NCBI GenBank assembly: GCA_963754925.1
Contig: CAVWHX010000004.1
Span: 555,883 to 619,882 of the forward strand
Direction: 5' to 3'
Source: an uncultured delta proteobacterium
GTDB taxonomy: Bacteria; Myxococcota; B64-G9
DNA: 64,000 nucleotides
The notes under the pieces are model-generated. The model was not told where the DNA came from. It did no database searches and worked only from the letters and a program-made list of their open reading frames with translations. Positions 1 to 10,434 of this stretch are shown here, one piece after another; the first letter of the stretch is position 1; each line of letters begins with the position of its first letter. Position numbers and translations under genes: made by a program.

Positions 1-628
1 CGTATTCTTTAGGATTGGGACTATTGATGTTTGAGTCGGAATCGGAGCTAAGCGCATAGTATTTTATATTTTTCGGCAACTTTTCATCGCCGGCCACACT
101 TTTTAGAAAGTAGTTTATTGTGTTTAGATTATAGGATCCGGATACGTTGGCATATCCGGAAATGAATACAACCTTTCTCACCTTTGAGGCCACGGCGGCA
201 TACGTTGGATTGGTTAGCAGAAGCCTGATCAAAGCTGTCCCGTTGCTGTGCCCCACGAGATCGACCTGGCTGGCACCCGTATTTTTCAACATGTCTTGAA
301 TGGCATTTATCAGTGCAGGGAGATTATAGATGACATTTCCGGTATGATTCCAGAGATTGGGATCATAAGGAGATGAGGTGTCCGTATAAGGCCAGGCATA
401 GTCTGTCGGATCTCCGAAGAAGGCAACCCCGATCCTCGGAACCAACATGGCATTCATCCTGACTTCAGGAAACCCCTGAGCGGCAAAGTTGGCATACATG
501 TTGTAATACGTGAGCCCTGGGCCCCCGTCCAACCCATGGATGAAGATGACCGGCGTCGGCTGAGCATCGGCATAAGCCCTAAACTGAACTGCTAGGAACA
601 GAAACAAAAATACCACAATCTTTTTCAT
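1..628 (-). CDS. secreted alpha/beta-hydrolase (lipase class 2-like), 3' end outside window
   Basis: Manual translation from ATG at 628 (AGGAG RBS upstream): signal peptide MKKIVVFLFLFLAVQFRAYA, oxyanion motif PVIFIHGL, nucleophile elbow VDLVGHSNG; frame stays open to the window edge. Confidence 0.8.
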   Translation of the reverse strand, partial: MKKIVVFLFLFLAVQFRAYADAQPTPVIFIHGLDGGPGLTYYNMYANFAAQGFPEVRMNAMLVPRIGVAFFGDPTDYAWPYTDTSSPYDPNLWNHTGNVIYNLPALINAIQDMLKNTGASQVDLVGHSNGTALIRLLLTNPTYAAVASKVRKVVFISGYANVSGSYNLNTINYFLKSVAGDEKLPKNIKYYALSSDSDSNINSPNPKEY

Positions 629-1038
629 AAAGAATCTCCTCTCGTAAAAGTTATATTTTCACCAGCGCATTCGATACGGACGCCAGATGAAAATCTTTTG
701 GTGTAGGCAAACAGATGCACCTTTGATTCCCTTGGTGCCAGACTTCTACAGCATCTCGGCAAATTTAGTGTCATAATGATAGTGAATTTCTTTCAGGTCA
801 ATAACTTTTTTCCATCGTTCCCTTGATCAGGGATAAAGTCACCCATTGACACGGGAGGGGCAATAATACGAACCTGATTACCCAACGAAGCAATCCAGCC
901 GACGTCTTGCGGCCGCGGCGTGGTGATAGGAAAAACAGACGGTATGTCGTTGACAAGAGGCAAGCAAGCCTAATCATTTGTTTAACAAACGGCTGCAGCG
1001 AATGGAGCACTGCCGCTGAGCCTTTAAGGAGGTTTCCC

Positions 1039-1296
1039 ATGAGTAATTTCGAAGAAGTCTTCAATCGATCGGGTTTCTCGCGATTTATCAACAGTCAGGC
1101 GGGCCGTATCTTTCGTTTGGTGGCCGGCGTAGCATTCCTTGTGGTTGGCTTTATGTATCGGCACCATACGCTCGGCGTGCTGTCTATGATATGGAGTGTT
1201 TTCCCCTTGAGCGCTGGAGTGTTTGACCTTTGCTACTTCAGCGCTTTATTGGGCGGTCCGCTATCTGGCGCAAAGATTCGCGATAAGTACAAATAA
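1039..1296 (+). CDS. small DUF2892/YgaP-like membrane protein
   Basis: AAGGAGG RBS before ATG 1039; two hydrophobic helices; GRIFRLVAG and GVFDLC..SALLG pattern. Confidence 0.65.
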   Translation: MSNFEEVFNRSGFSRFINSQAGRIFRLVAGVAFLVVGFMYRHHTLGVLSMIWSVFPLSAGVFDLCYFSALLGGPLSGAKIRDKYK

Positions 1297-1325
1297 CTTG
1301 GCCACGCCGTACGAAATGATAACGC

Positions 1326-2159
1326 TTACGACAGATCCATGGCGATATCGACCGCCGGGGCGCTGTGGGTAATGGTGCCGACCGAGACAAAGTCCACGCC
1401 GGTTTTCGCAACGGCCCGTACGGTCTCGAGCGTGACCCGACCCGAGGCTTCGAGTTTTGCTTGCCTGTTGACCAATCGGACCGCCTTGACCATGAGCGCG
1501 GGCTTCATGTTGTCGAGCATGATTATATCGGCGCCGGCCGAAAGCGCCGCGCGCACCTGCGCGAGCGACTCGGCCTCGACCTCAATCTTCACCTTCGGTC
1601 CGACTCGCTTACGGGCGGTCGCGACCGCGCGTTGAATCGACCCCTGCGCGACAATATGATTGTCCTTGATGAGCATCCCGTCGAATAACCCCATGCGATG
1701 ATTGCTCCCGCCGCCGGCGCGCACCGCCGCCTTCTCGAGCGCGCGCATCCCGGGCGTGGTCTTGCGAGTATCGAGCAGTCGGCAGCGTGTTCCGCGTAGT
1801 TCCTTCACATACCGGCGGGTCAACGTGGCCACACCTGAGAGATGCCGGGTAAAATTCAGCGCGGTCCGTTCGCCGGAAAGTAACGCCTGCAGTGGACCGG
1901 TGACGACCGCGAGCGTCGCGCCGCTGCGGACAGCCGCACCCTCTTTCACCCGGGATTTGAAACGACAGCGCGCATCCAGCCGTGCGAAAACCGCAGCGGC
2001 AACGTCCAAACCGCTTACGACCAGGGGTTCGCGGGAGATAAAACGGGCCCTGCCGCGATCGCTTTCAGAACACAGCGCCTGTGACGTCAGGTCACCCGCG
2101 CCCACATCCTCCTGCAGCGCAAGGTCTATAAGCATGGAGAGCTGCGCACGCGGATCCAT
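1326..2159 (-). CDS. nadC: nicotinate-nucleotide diphosphorylase (carboxylating)
   Basis: EDVGAGDLTS, ERTALN, LDTRKTTPG, HRMGLFD..LIKDNH, EVEAE, MLDN, EASG motifs; start set at MDPRAQ. Confidence 0.95.
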   Translation of the reverse strand: MDPRAQLSMLIDLALQEDVGAGDLTSQALCSESDRGRARFISREPLVVSGLDVAAAVFARLDARCRFKSRVKEGAAVRSGATLAVVTGPLQALLSGERTALNFTRHLSGVATLTRRYVKELRGTRCRLLDTRKTTPGMRALEKAAVRAGGGSNHRMGLFDGMLIKDNHIVAQGSIQRAVATARKRVGPKVKIEVEAESLAQVRAALSAGADIIMLDNMKPALMVKAVRLVNRQAKLEASGRVTLETVRAVAKTGVDFVSVGTITHSAPAVDIAMDLS

Positions 2160-2163
2160 GAGG

Positions 2164-4833
2164 CTATTCTTTGCTCCAACGCTCAATCTGTGCAAACGCG
2201 CGATTCAGTTTTTCAAGCTTGTCGCGTGCCTCATCCAACTTGCTCCGTTCTTTTTCGATGATTTCGGCCGGCGCGCGTTCGGTAAAGGCCGGATTATTAA
2301 GCTTTTTGTCGGCGCGGGAGACATCGTCGCGGGCCTTCTGGATTTCCTTGCCGAGCCTGGCCCGCTCGGAATCAAAGTCGACAAGGCCGGCCAACGGCAC
2401 GCAGATCTCCAGTTCTCCGAGTACCGCAACCGCCGCCTGCTTAGGATGCGCGCCCGGCTCGCCCAAGTGCAATGCCGAAAGCCGCGCCAGGTGCATGATC
2501 GTGTCGCGATGGCGATCGAGGGTGGCCAGGAGCTGTCGGTCGCTACTCAGCAGGTGCGCCGTCAACGGTTTCCCGGGCGGGAGATTGCTCTCCCCGCGCA
2601 GATTCCTCACGCCGGTCACGGCAGAAATCACCCCATTGATTTCGTGCAGAGCTTCCGGATCATCGGGCAACGCGTCAGCGGTCGGCCAGTCGGCGTTAAT
2701 CAAAAATTCACTTTTTCGCTCGGTAAGCGGGAGCTTTTGCCAGAGTTCCTCGGTTACAAACGGAGTGAAGGGATGCAGCAGGCGCAGCGCCACATCCAGC
2801 ACGGTCAGAAGCGTGCGCTGGCACTCGGCGCGCGCGGCCGCCCCGGCGCGGCCGGCCAACACCGGCTTTACCAACTCAAGGTACCAATCGCAGAACTCAT
2901 GCCAGAAAAACCCATACAGCGTCGAAGCGGCATCGTTGAAACGGAAGTCTTGCAGCGCGGTCGTCACCTCGATGACGACCTGGCGGGTGCGGCTGAGAAT
3001 CCAACGGTCGTAGAGGCTGCGCTGCGTCGCTTGCGCAGCCGAGCACGGATCGAAATCGCCGAGGTTGAGCTCTGCAAAACGGGCGGCGTTCCAAATCTTG
3101 TTGATAAAATGGCGATAGCCCTCGACCCGGTCGGTACTGAGTTTTATATCGCGCCCCTGGGCGGCCAAGATCGCCAGCGTAAAGCGCAGCGCGTCCGCAC
3201 CCGTTTGCGCCGTGAGCGCGAGCGGATCGATCACGTTGCCCCTGGTCTTGGACATCTTGCGCCCCTCGGCGTCGCGCACCATGGCGTGCAGGAACACCGT
3301 TCGAAACGGCACATCGCCCATGAACTTCAACCCCATCATCAGCATGCGCGCTACCCAGAAAAAGATGATATCAAAGCCGGTCTCCATGACCGAGGTGGGG
3401 TAGTATTTTTTCAAAGTGGCGGTCTGCTCAGGCCAACCCATGGTGGAAAATGGCCACAGTGCCGAGGAAAACCATGTGTCCAGGACGTCGGGGTCCTGCG
3501 TAAGATCGGCCGAGCCACAGGCGGGGCAGCGCGCGGGGGGTTCACGGGCCACGATTACTTCGCCGCACGCACAGGTCCAGGCCGGAATGCGATGGCCCCA
3601 CCACAGCTGGCGCGAAATGCACCAATCGCGGATATTGTACATCCACTCATAGAAGGTCTTCTCCCAGCTCTGCGGTATAAACACGGTGCGGCCCGACTTG
3701 ACCGCCGCGATGGCGGGCTCGGCCAGCGGCTGCACACGCACGAACCATTGCTTGCTGAGCAACGGTTCAATGATCGTTTCGCACCGTTGGCAGTGGCTGA
3801 GCTCAACCTGGTAGTCTTTGATATCGGAGAGCAGTTCCTGCGCCTGTAACGCGGCGAGCACCCGCTCGCGGGCCTCGAAACGATCCAATCCGGCGAAGTC
3901 TTTCCCGGCCGCTTCGGTCATGCGCCCGTCAAAACCAATCACCGATAGCGAGGGCAACTGGTGCCGCCGGCCCGTCTCAAAATCGTTGAAGTCGTGCGCC
4001 GGGGTAACCTTGACGCAGCCGGTGCCAAACTCAGGGTCGACCAATTCGGCGTCCGCCACGACCGGGATACGGCGGCCGGTCAAGGGCAACTCGACCTCTC
4101 GGCCTATCAGATCGCGATAGCGGGGATCCTCGGGGTGAACCGCGAGGGCGGTATCGCCGAGCATGGTTTCGGGCCGGGTGGTGGCGACCGAGAGCCTGCG
4201 CGTGCTTCCCGGCACCGGATAATCAATGGTCCAGAGCTTTCCCGGCGTAGACTTGAGCGTCACCTCAAGATCGGACAGCGCCGTCTGACAGCGCGGACAC
4301 CAGTTTATCAGTCGGAGGTCACGATAAATCAGGCCTTCCTCATGGAGGCGCACAAAGACCTCGCGCACGGCTCGCGAGAGGCCGTCGTCCATGGTAAAGC
4401 GGGTGCGGCGCCAGTCGACCGAGGCTCCCATGGCCTGGGTCTGTTCGTTGATTCGGTTGCCGTGTTTTTCTTTCCACTCCCAAACCTTCTTCAGAAATGC
4501 CTCACGCCCGATCTGCAAACGGCTTACGCCCTCCTGGCCCAGCGCGCGTTCGACCACCAACTGGGTGGCTATCCCCGCGTGGTCGGTGCCCGGCAACCAG
4601 AGGGTGTTATAGCCGCTCATGCGCTTCCAGCGGGTCAGGATATCCTGGATGCTCAGAACCAGGGCGTGCCCAATGTGCAAGGTGCCCGTGATGTTCGGCG
4701 GCGGCAAAACGATCGAGAACGCCGGCCGCTGGTCGGCTTCGTTGGCATCGAAACAGCCTCGTTCTATCCAGATTTTTGACCAGTGCGGCTCAATTTCTTT
4801 CGGATCGTATTGCTTTGGTAGTTGCCTATCCAT
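2164..4833 (-). CDS. valS: valine--tRNA ligase
   Basis: PPPNITGTLHIGH, GTDHAGIATQ, KMSKT, DWCISRQLWWGHRIP, C-terminal coiled coil; GAAGGAG RBS before MDRQLP. Confidence 0.98.
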   Translation of the reverse strand: MDRQLPKQYDPKEIEPHWSKIWIERGCFDANEADQRPAFSIVLPPPNITGTLHIGHALVLSIQDILTRWKRMSGYNTLWLPGTDHAGIATQLVVERALGQEGVSRLQIGREAFLKKVWEWKEKHGNRINEQTQAMGASVDWRRTRFTMDDGLSRAVREVFVRLHEEGLIYRDLRLINWCPRCQTALSDLEVTLKSTPGKLWTIDYPVPGSTRRLSVATTRPETMLGDTALAVHPEDPRYRDLIGREVELPLTGRRIPVVADAELVDPEFGTGCVKVTPAHDFNDFETGRRHQLPSLSVIGFDGRMTEAAGKDFAGLDRFEARERVLAALQAQELLSDIKDYQVELSHCQRCETIIEPLLSKQWFVRVQPLAEPAIAAVKSGRTVFIPQSWEKTFYEWMYNIRDWCISRQLWWGHRIPAWTCACGEVIVAREPPARCPACGSADLTQDPDVLDTWFSSALWPFSTMGWPEQTATLKKYYPTSVMETGFDIIFFWVARMLMMGLKFMGDVPFRTVFLHAMVRDAEGRKMSKTRGNVIDPLALTAQTGADALRFTLAILAAQGRDIKLSTDRVEGYRHFINKIWNAARFAELNLGDFDPCSAAQATQRSLYDRWILSRTRQVVIEVTTALQDFRFNDAASTLYGFFWHEFCDWYLELVKPVLAGRAGAAARAECQRTLLTVLDVALRLLHPFTPFVTEELWQKLPLTERKSEFLINADWPTADALPDDPEALHEINGVISAVTGVRNLRGESNLPPGKPLTAHLLSSDRQLLATLDRHRDTIMHLARLSALHLGEPGAHPKQAAVAVLGELEICVPLAGLVDFDSERARLGKEIQKARDDVSRADKKLNNPAFTERAPAEIIEKERSKLDEARDKLEKLNRAFAQIERWSKE

Positions 4834-4934
4834 GGATGAAACTCCTTCGGCCGGATAATCCATTTCGTCAGTGCCCACGAATGGATTCTTGATCGTTTCT
4901 CTACGCTACTGGGGGTAAAAAAGAAAGGTCTTTT

Positions 4935-6770
4935 CTATTCGGCCAACTTCTCTTGCACCAACTTTTCGATTTCCTCGCGGAGAATGGTCTCGGCGAGTTG
5001 GGGAACAACCTCCCAGACCACTTTCTCGATTATCTCTCGGGCAATGGCCTCTAGTTCTGACTTTGATAGCTGTGGCGCAGTCGGTTTGTCAACCGCGGCT
5101 TCCATAGCCGCCGCCGTTGTCTTGGTCGCCGCCATCGCGGCTGCCGTCGCGAGTTCAAAGGGGGCTTTCGGCGCCTCGCGACCGATGGCGGGAGGTCGCT
5201 TTTCTTCACGCACCGCTTCGCGTTCGATCTTCTCGGCCGGCGCCGGAAGAGCCAACTCGGGAACCGATCCGGACGCTTGGTCGATCAGCATTTCCTCTTC
5301 GATCTCAACCGAGGGCAACTCGATGTTTTCCGCCGGGAGGACTTCCGGTATGGGTTCTAGGCGCAGCGGCTTAGCTTCAAAGGGCCTCTCGTGCGGCGCG
5401 GGCTCCGCACCAATAGCACGTTTGGCGGACTCGGGTCCGATTGGTGGGGGCCTACCTACCGTTGACGTGGCAACTTCAAGAAGTGACAAGTCATCAGAAG
5501 GCATTCCCGGTCTGGCTGGAGGCTCGGTTGCGATCCGCTTTTCCGTCGCTTTGCGATCGGAACCGGTTCCGGTCATGAGGTTGGGTATGGGTCTGGTGAT
5601 ATCGTCTTTGGCTCCCCAGATGTCAACTCCTTCTACATCCAGAGATTCAAGGGGCTCGAGCGGCTGGGTTTCGGAGCCCGTGGCCAACGGCCTGAACGTC
5701 GGTCGGCCGGTTTCACCCGCCGATTCCAAACCAACAAGCTCGGGCTCGAGTGGTTCCGGTTCAAGCGGTTCAGGTTCCAGAATGGTGCTTGATTCTGATT
5801 CGAATGCAGAAGGTTCTAGTGGATAAGACTCAAACGCTTTTTTGCTTATACTGGGCTCTTCAAAGAGCGTCGATTCCAGAGGCTTTGATGCTCCCGTTGG
5901 GATTGCCGATTCTTTCTCCGTATGCGCGGCAGGGAATGGCGCCGTCGGAATGGCCGCAAACGGTGGGGGGATCACCGTTGGCGTTGGCTGCGCTATCACC
6001 CGTGGCGCCGCTGGCACAACAGAAGGCGGCATACCCGTGCTCGGCGGCGCCGCTGACGGCATTGCCAGCGGCCGTGGCGCGGATGCCATCGGTTGTGTCA
6101 CGGGGCGCGGCGTCTGGGGAACCGATTGGGGCGTCAGGGGCCGTGGTATCATCGGCTCCCCCGGCGCATAGCCAGCGCTCGGCTGAGGTCCTGGTGCAAC
6201 TGGTCGCGGCGATTGCGGTCCCGGACCGGGGACCGTGGGACGCGGTGGCTGTCCAAAAGCGCTCGGCATCGGCGCAGACGTCGGCCTGCCTGAGGTCATG
6301 GGAATCCCATTCCACGGCGTCATCGGTTGAGGCTGCACAACAACGCGCGGCGAGCCGCCCGCAGGCGCCGTCTGCGCCACCCCCACAGGAATCGGGACGG
6401 CACCGGCGCTCAACAGACCATTGACCTTATCTATCAGTGCCTGGCTCTCAAATGGCTTAGTGATATGACCGTTGGCGCCTACCGCCCGCGCGCGGTTCTC
6501 ATCAAAAGCCTCAAACGTGCCGGCGAGCAACAGTACCGGGGTTGCACGGAGCGCAGGATCTGATTTGATCGCTTGGCAAACCTCATAACCGTTCTTTTTA
6601 GGCATGATGACGTCGGCCAGAATGATATTCGGCTTTAGTTCTTTGGCCTTTTGGACAGCGTCCTCACCATTGTCAACAGTGGTAATTTCAAAATCCTCAT
6701 TGGCGAACGTTATACCAACCACCCTCTGGATGGTGATGCTGTCGTCTGCCAGCAGCAGGGTCCTCGGCAT
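4935..6770 (-). CDS. romR: RomR-like polarity response regulator (receiver, long Pro-rich linker, conserved C-terminal helix)
   Basis: N-terminal receiver (LLLADDS, ILADVIMP, TKPF); Pro-rich linker; C-terminal REIIEKVVWEVVPQLAETILREEIEKL matches the RomR C-domain; adjacent to valS as in myxobacteria. Confidence 0.8.
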   Translation of the reverse strand: MPRTLLLADDSITIQRVVGITFANEDFEITTVDNGEDAVQKAKELKPNIILADVIMPKKNGYEVCQAIKSDPALRATPVLLLAGTFEAFDENRARAVGANGHITKPFESQALIDKVNGLLSAGAVPIPVGVAQTAPAGGSPRVVVQPQPMTPWNGIPMTSGRPTSAPMPSAFGQPPRPTVPGPGPQSPRPVAPGPQPSAGYAPGEPMIPRPLTPQSVPQTPRPVTQPMASAPRPLAMPSAAPPSTGMPPSVVPAAPRVIAQPTPTVIPPPFAAIPTAPFPAAHTEKESAIPTGASKPLESTLFEEPSISKKAFESYPLEPSAFESESSTILEPEPLEPEPLEPELVGLESAGETGRPTFRPLATGSETQPLEPLESLDVEGVDIWGAKDDITRPIPNLMTGTGSDRKATEKRIATEPPARPGMPSDDLSLLEVATSTVGRPPPIGPESAKRAIGAEPAPHERPFEAKPLRLEPIPEVLPAENIELPSVEIEEEMLIDQASGSVPELALPAPAEKIEREAVREEKRPPAIGREAPKAPFELATAAAMAATKTTAAAMEAAVDKPTAPQLSKSELEAIAREIIEKVVWEVVPQLAETILREEIEKLVQEKLAE

Positions 6771-7013
6771 CGATGCCTCCTTGCCCCCCCAAACGCGAAC
6801 CATACCCGGTGTTACAAGGGGGTGGTATACAGGATGGATGTATGCTCGAACAACCACAAAATCACCCTGTTATGTAACATAGCGATCATGAAACTGTCAA
6901 GGAAGTGTCCTTGAAGATAGCGCAGGTTTTAGTGTGAAAGGTATATACCTGCTCGATTGTTACGAAATTTAATACGCCGGTCGCGCTGCGCCGACAACCT
7001 CTCTTTTTGATTA

Positions 7014-7271
7014 TCAGACGGTCGTGTTTTCGGAAGGTATGGCGCCGGTTTCATACGCGCGGATCAGGTATCCCAGGATGATCATGGAGGCGGCGTTCTC
7101 GACCACTTTGTGAGCGTCGGCCTCGATTGCCTGGCGAGCGTAATTGAACATGGCTGAAGCAAGCTCCTCGCCGACAACCGAACGAATGACATTCTGGAGC
7201 CGCTCAGGCTCCATACGGGAAAGTTCGGCGAGGAACAGCAGGGCAACGTCTTTCTTTTTATTTGGTTCCAT
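7014..7271 (-). CDS. small helical hypothetical protein
   Basis: 85-aa ORF with plausible protein-like composition in otherwise unoccupied space; no family recognised. Confidence 0.55.
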   Translation of the reverse strand: MEPNKKKDVALLFLAELSRMEPERLQNVIRSVVGEELASAMFNYARQAIEADAHKVVENAASMIILGYLIRAYETGAIPSENTTV

Positions 7272-7534
7272 GGCGCCACCGTATCAACTCGACCGGGGCA
7301 GGTCAATAGCCGAGCACCCCGCCCCGGATGACTGGTAGAAGAAAAAGATACAGATTCGTCAGAAACGACCTGGTCAGACTATCTAAACGACATATCCGTC
7401 GGTTGTTTCGTAACGACTGTAAAGCGGAGTATACCGCTGTTCGTTGTGAGTGTATCGCAGGAAGTCGATCCGACGCAATCGTCGGGGGCGAGGTGTACGG
7501 CTTTAGTACCTATCATTTCTCACCATGGCAACGG

Positions 7535-9526
7535 TTATGAGGAAGGTGCCGGCGTCGGCACGTTGTCGAAGCACAGCAATCCTTCAATTTCGCCGACGAT
7601 TTGGTCGTCGGTGAAGTTTTTGCCTTCGATGGCCGCGGACGGACAGCTGGCCACGCAGGTGCCGCAGCCGCGACACATGGTTTCGTCCACGCGGGCCTTT
7701 TTACGTTCCTCATCAAACGAGACCGCATGATACGGGCAAATATCGAGACAAGTGCGGCACCCTGAACATTGCTCGTCCTGAACATAGGCCGAAATCGATT
7801 CAAGCAGCACCTTTCCCTGCTGCAGGATGGTCAACGCGCCGGCTGCTGCGGCCGACGCTTGAGCCACCGTGTGGGGAATGTCTTTGGGCCCGGCGCAGGT
7901 CCCGGCGATGAACACGCACTCGTTGGGCGTGCCGACTGGGTTGAGCTTGGGGTGCTGCTCGATGAAGAAGCCATCTTTGTTGCGCGATACCCCAAACAAT
8001 CGGCCTACCTCGTCGGCGTCGGTGCGGGATTTGAGGCCATTGGCCAGGATGACCATATCGAGCGGAATGCGGCGTATAACGCCGGCCAAGGTGTCCTCGA
8101 CCTGCACTATCAACTTGCCCTTCTCGGTCGGGTCGCGCGCCTCGTTGCTGATCGAGGCCGCCTTGCCGCGCACAAAGCGCACGCCTTCATTCAACAACCG
8201 ATCGTAGAATTCCTCGTAGCCCTTCCCGACGCAGCGCATGTCGATATAAAAATTGTAGACCTCGGCATCGGAATGCTCGCGGATCAAGTGTGCGAACTTA
8301 AGCGAGTACATACAGCAGACACCCGAGCAATACGACTGATGGTGTCGATCCCGGCTGCCGACGCAGTGGATAATGCCGACCGCCTTGGGGTGCTGCCCGG
8401 TGCTGGTTACGATTTCGCCCTTGCTGAAGCCGCCGGCGTTGACCATGCGCTCGAACTCGAGGGCGGTATAGACGTCTTTATAGGTGCCATAGCCGTATCG
8501 TTGCATTTGGTGTGCGTCGAACATTTCGTGGCCGGTCGTCAAAATGATTGCGCCGACTTCAATTTCCTCGACCGTATCCCTTTGCTCGAAGTCGATGGCG
8601 TTCATCTTGCAAAATTTCTCGCACACTTTACACTTACCCTTGAGGAAGAAGTTGCAGGCGTTGCGATCGATCACCGGCTTGTTCGGCACGGCCTGCGGGA
8701 ACAGCGTATAGATCGCTTTGCGTTTGCCCTTGTTTTGCTCGAATTCGTTGTCGGCCTTAAACGGGCATTTTTCCTGACAGAGCCCGCAGCCGTTACATTT
8801 ATTGTAGTCGACGTAGGTAGCCTTATGGCGCACCTTCACCTTCAAGTTGCCGACGTACCCGCCGACCTCTTCGATCTCGCTATAGCTCATCAATTTGATA
8901 TTGGGGTGCTGGCCGACCGAGACCATTTTCGGGGTGAGGATGCACGCCGAACAGTCCAAGGTGGGGAAGGTCTTGTCGAGCATGGCCATATGTCCGCCGA
9001 TGGATTGACTGCGCTCGACCAAATAGGTTTTAAAGCCGGCGTTGGCGCACTGCAGCGCCGCCTGGATGCCGGCGATGCCGCCGCCCACCACGAGCACCGC
9101 CTGGGAGACCGAGACCTCGCATTCTGACAGCGGGCGCAGGAAACGCGCCTTGCCGCACGCGCCCGCCACCAACGACTTGGCTTTCTCGGTTGCAGCGGCG
9201 GTATCATCGGTGACCCATGAACACTGCTCGCGCAGGTTGGCCATATGCATGAGGTAGTGGTTGAGACCCGCCCGCGCGCAGGCCGACCGGAAGGTCTTTT
9301 CGTGCATCAGCGGCGAGCAGGAAGCCACCACGATTCGATTGAGTTCATGCTCTTTGATGTCCTGGCGGATCATCTCCTGCCCGGGCTCGGAGCACATAAA
9401 AACGTAGTCCTTTGAAACCACGACATTCGGCAAGGTGCGGGCATATTCTGCAACCGCCTTGACGTCCACCTTTCCGGCGATGTTCGAGCCGCAATGACAA
9501 ACATAGACGCCGATCCGAACTGACAT
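7535..9526 (-). CDS. hdrA: heterodisulfide reductase subunit A-like flavoprotein
   Basis: RIGVYVCHCG, ASCSP, REQCSWV, GGGIAG FAD motif, KTFPTLDCSACIL, HCVGSR, YCSGVCCMY, inserted and C-terminal 2x[4Fe-4S] ferredoxin domains; AAGGAG RBS. Confidence 0.93.
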   Translation of the reverse strand: MSVRIGVYVCHCGSNIAGKVDVKAVAEYARTLPNVVVSKDYVFMCSEPGQEMIRQDIKEHELNRIVVASCSPLMHEKTFRSACARAGLNHYLMHMANLREQCSWVTDDTAAATEKAKSLVAGACGKARFLRPLSECEVSVSQAVLVVGGGIAGIQAALQCANAGFKTYLVERSQSIGGHMAMLDKTFPTLDCSACILTPKMVSVGQHPNIKLMSYSEIEEVGGYVGNLKVKVRHKATYVDYNKCNGCGLCQEKCPFKADNEFEQNKGKRKAIYTLFPQAVPNKPVIDRNACNFFLKGKCKVCEKFCKMNAIDFEQRDTVEEIEVGAIILTTGHEMFDAHQMQRYGYGTYKDVYTALEFERMVNAGGFSKGEIVTSTGQHPKAVGIIHCVGSRDRHHQSYCSGVCCMYSLKFAHLIREHSDAEVYNFYIDMRCVGKGYEEFYDRLLNEGVRFVRGKAASISNEARDPTEKGKLIVQVEDTLAGVIRRIPLDMVILANGLKSRTDADEVGRLFGVSRNKDGFFIEQHPKLNPVGTPNECVFIAGTCAGPKDIPHTVAQASAAAAGALTILQQGKVLLESISAYVQDEQCSGCRTCLDICPYHAVSFDEERKKARVDETMCRGCGTCVASCPSAAIEGKNFTDDQIVGEIEGLLCFDNVPTPAPSS

Positions 9527-9543
9527 GATCCTTCTCCTTTTCC

Positions 9544-10434
9544 CTATGCAGCAGGCAGTTGCGTACGGGCCTGCCGCAAACAACTGACCGGAATCAATGA
9601 GCGTTGGAGAGCAAGCTGCTTGTCAGAAAGCCCCATGGCCAATCCAATCAACTGGGAGAGGCTCAACACCGGGATGCTGACCGCATCGCCCAGAAGTTTC
9701 TGGCTCTTGCCCTGGATGGCTTCCATCGTTACCTGACAGAGCGAGCAGGGGGTGACGATCGCATCGGCTCCGGCGGTTACGATGCTGCGCAGCACGTCGC
9801 TGCTCATCTTCTGGCCGACTTCCTCACGGGTGGCCACCAGCGTGCCGCCGCAACAAGCAGACCGCATCTCGAAGCTCGCCACCTCGGCGCCGAGCGCCTT
9901 GATGATCGTCTCGAGGTTCTGGGGTGCTTCCTGGCTGTCGCCCACGGCATAGGGCCGCAGCACTTGGCAGCCGTAATACGGGGCGATCTTCAAACCGGCA
10001 AGCGGCGCACCAGCTTCTTTCTTCAGCCGCTCGACGCCGACTTCATTCACCAGCACCTCCAACAAATGACGCACCCTGACGGTGCCGCTATAGGTCAAGC
10101 CGCCGGCGGCAAGCGCGTCACGCACCTTACGGGAAAGCTCCGAATCTTGCTCCAATACCTTGTTGGCCTTGGTAAGCGACAACCAACAGCTCGGGCAGGG
10201 CGTCAGGACGGTGGCGCCGGCGCCGCCTTGCTTTTCGGCCAACGCTAGGTTGCGGGCCGAAAGCGAAAGCGACAGCACCTTATTTACCGATATGACCGTC
10301 GTGGTGCCGCAGCAGTTCCAGTCCTCGACCTCGGTCAGCTCGATTCCCAGCTTGGGGCATATCGCCAACAGGGACTCCTCATAAGATCGCGCGGTAGCTT
10401 TCTGCGAGCAACCCGGGTAGTAGAGATAGTTCAT
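9544..10434 (-). CDS. hdrB: heterodisulfide reductase subunit B (two CCG domains)
   Basis: YYPGCS, WNCCG, TPCPSC, YYGCQ, CCGG, TPCSLC. Confidence 0.92.
   Translation of the reverse strand: MNYLYYPGCSQKATARSYEESLLAICPKLGIELTEVEDWNCCGTTTVISVNKVLSLSLSARNLALAEKQGGAGATVLTPCPSCWLSLTKANKVLEQDSELSRKVRDALAAGGLTYSGTVRVRHLLEVLVNEVGVERLKKEAGAPLAGLKIAPYYGCQVLRPYAVGDSQEAPQNLETIIKALGAEVASFEMRSACCGGTLVATREEVGQKMSSDVLRSIVTAGADAIVTPCSLCQVTMEAIQGKSQKLLGDAVSIPVLSLSQLIGLAMGLSDKQLALQRSLIPVSCLRQARTQLPAA

Noticed and set aside
1702-4779. Long plus-strand ORFs (715 aa and 272 aa)
   Set aside because: Antisense shadows of nadC/valS in GC-rich DNA; no motifs or RBS
7769-9127. 452-aa plus-strand ORF
   Set aside because: Antisense shadow of hdrA
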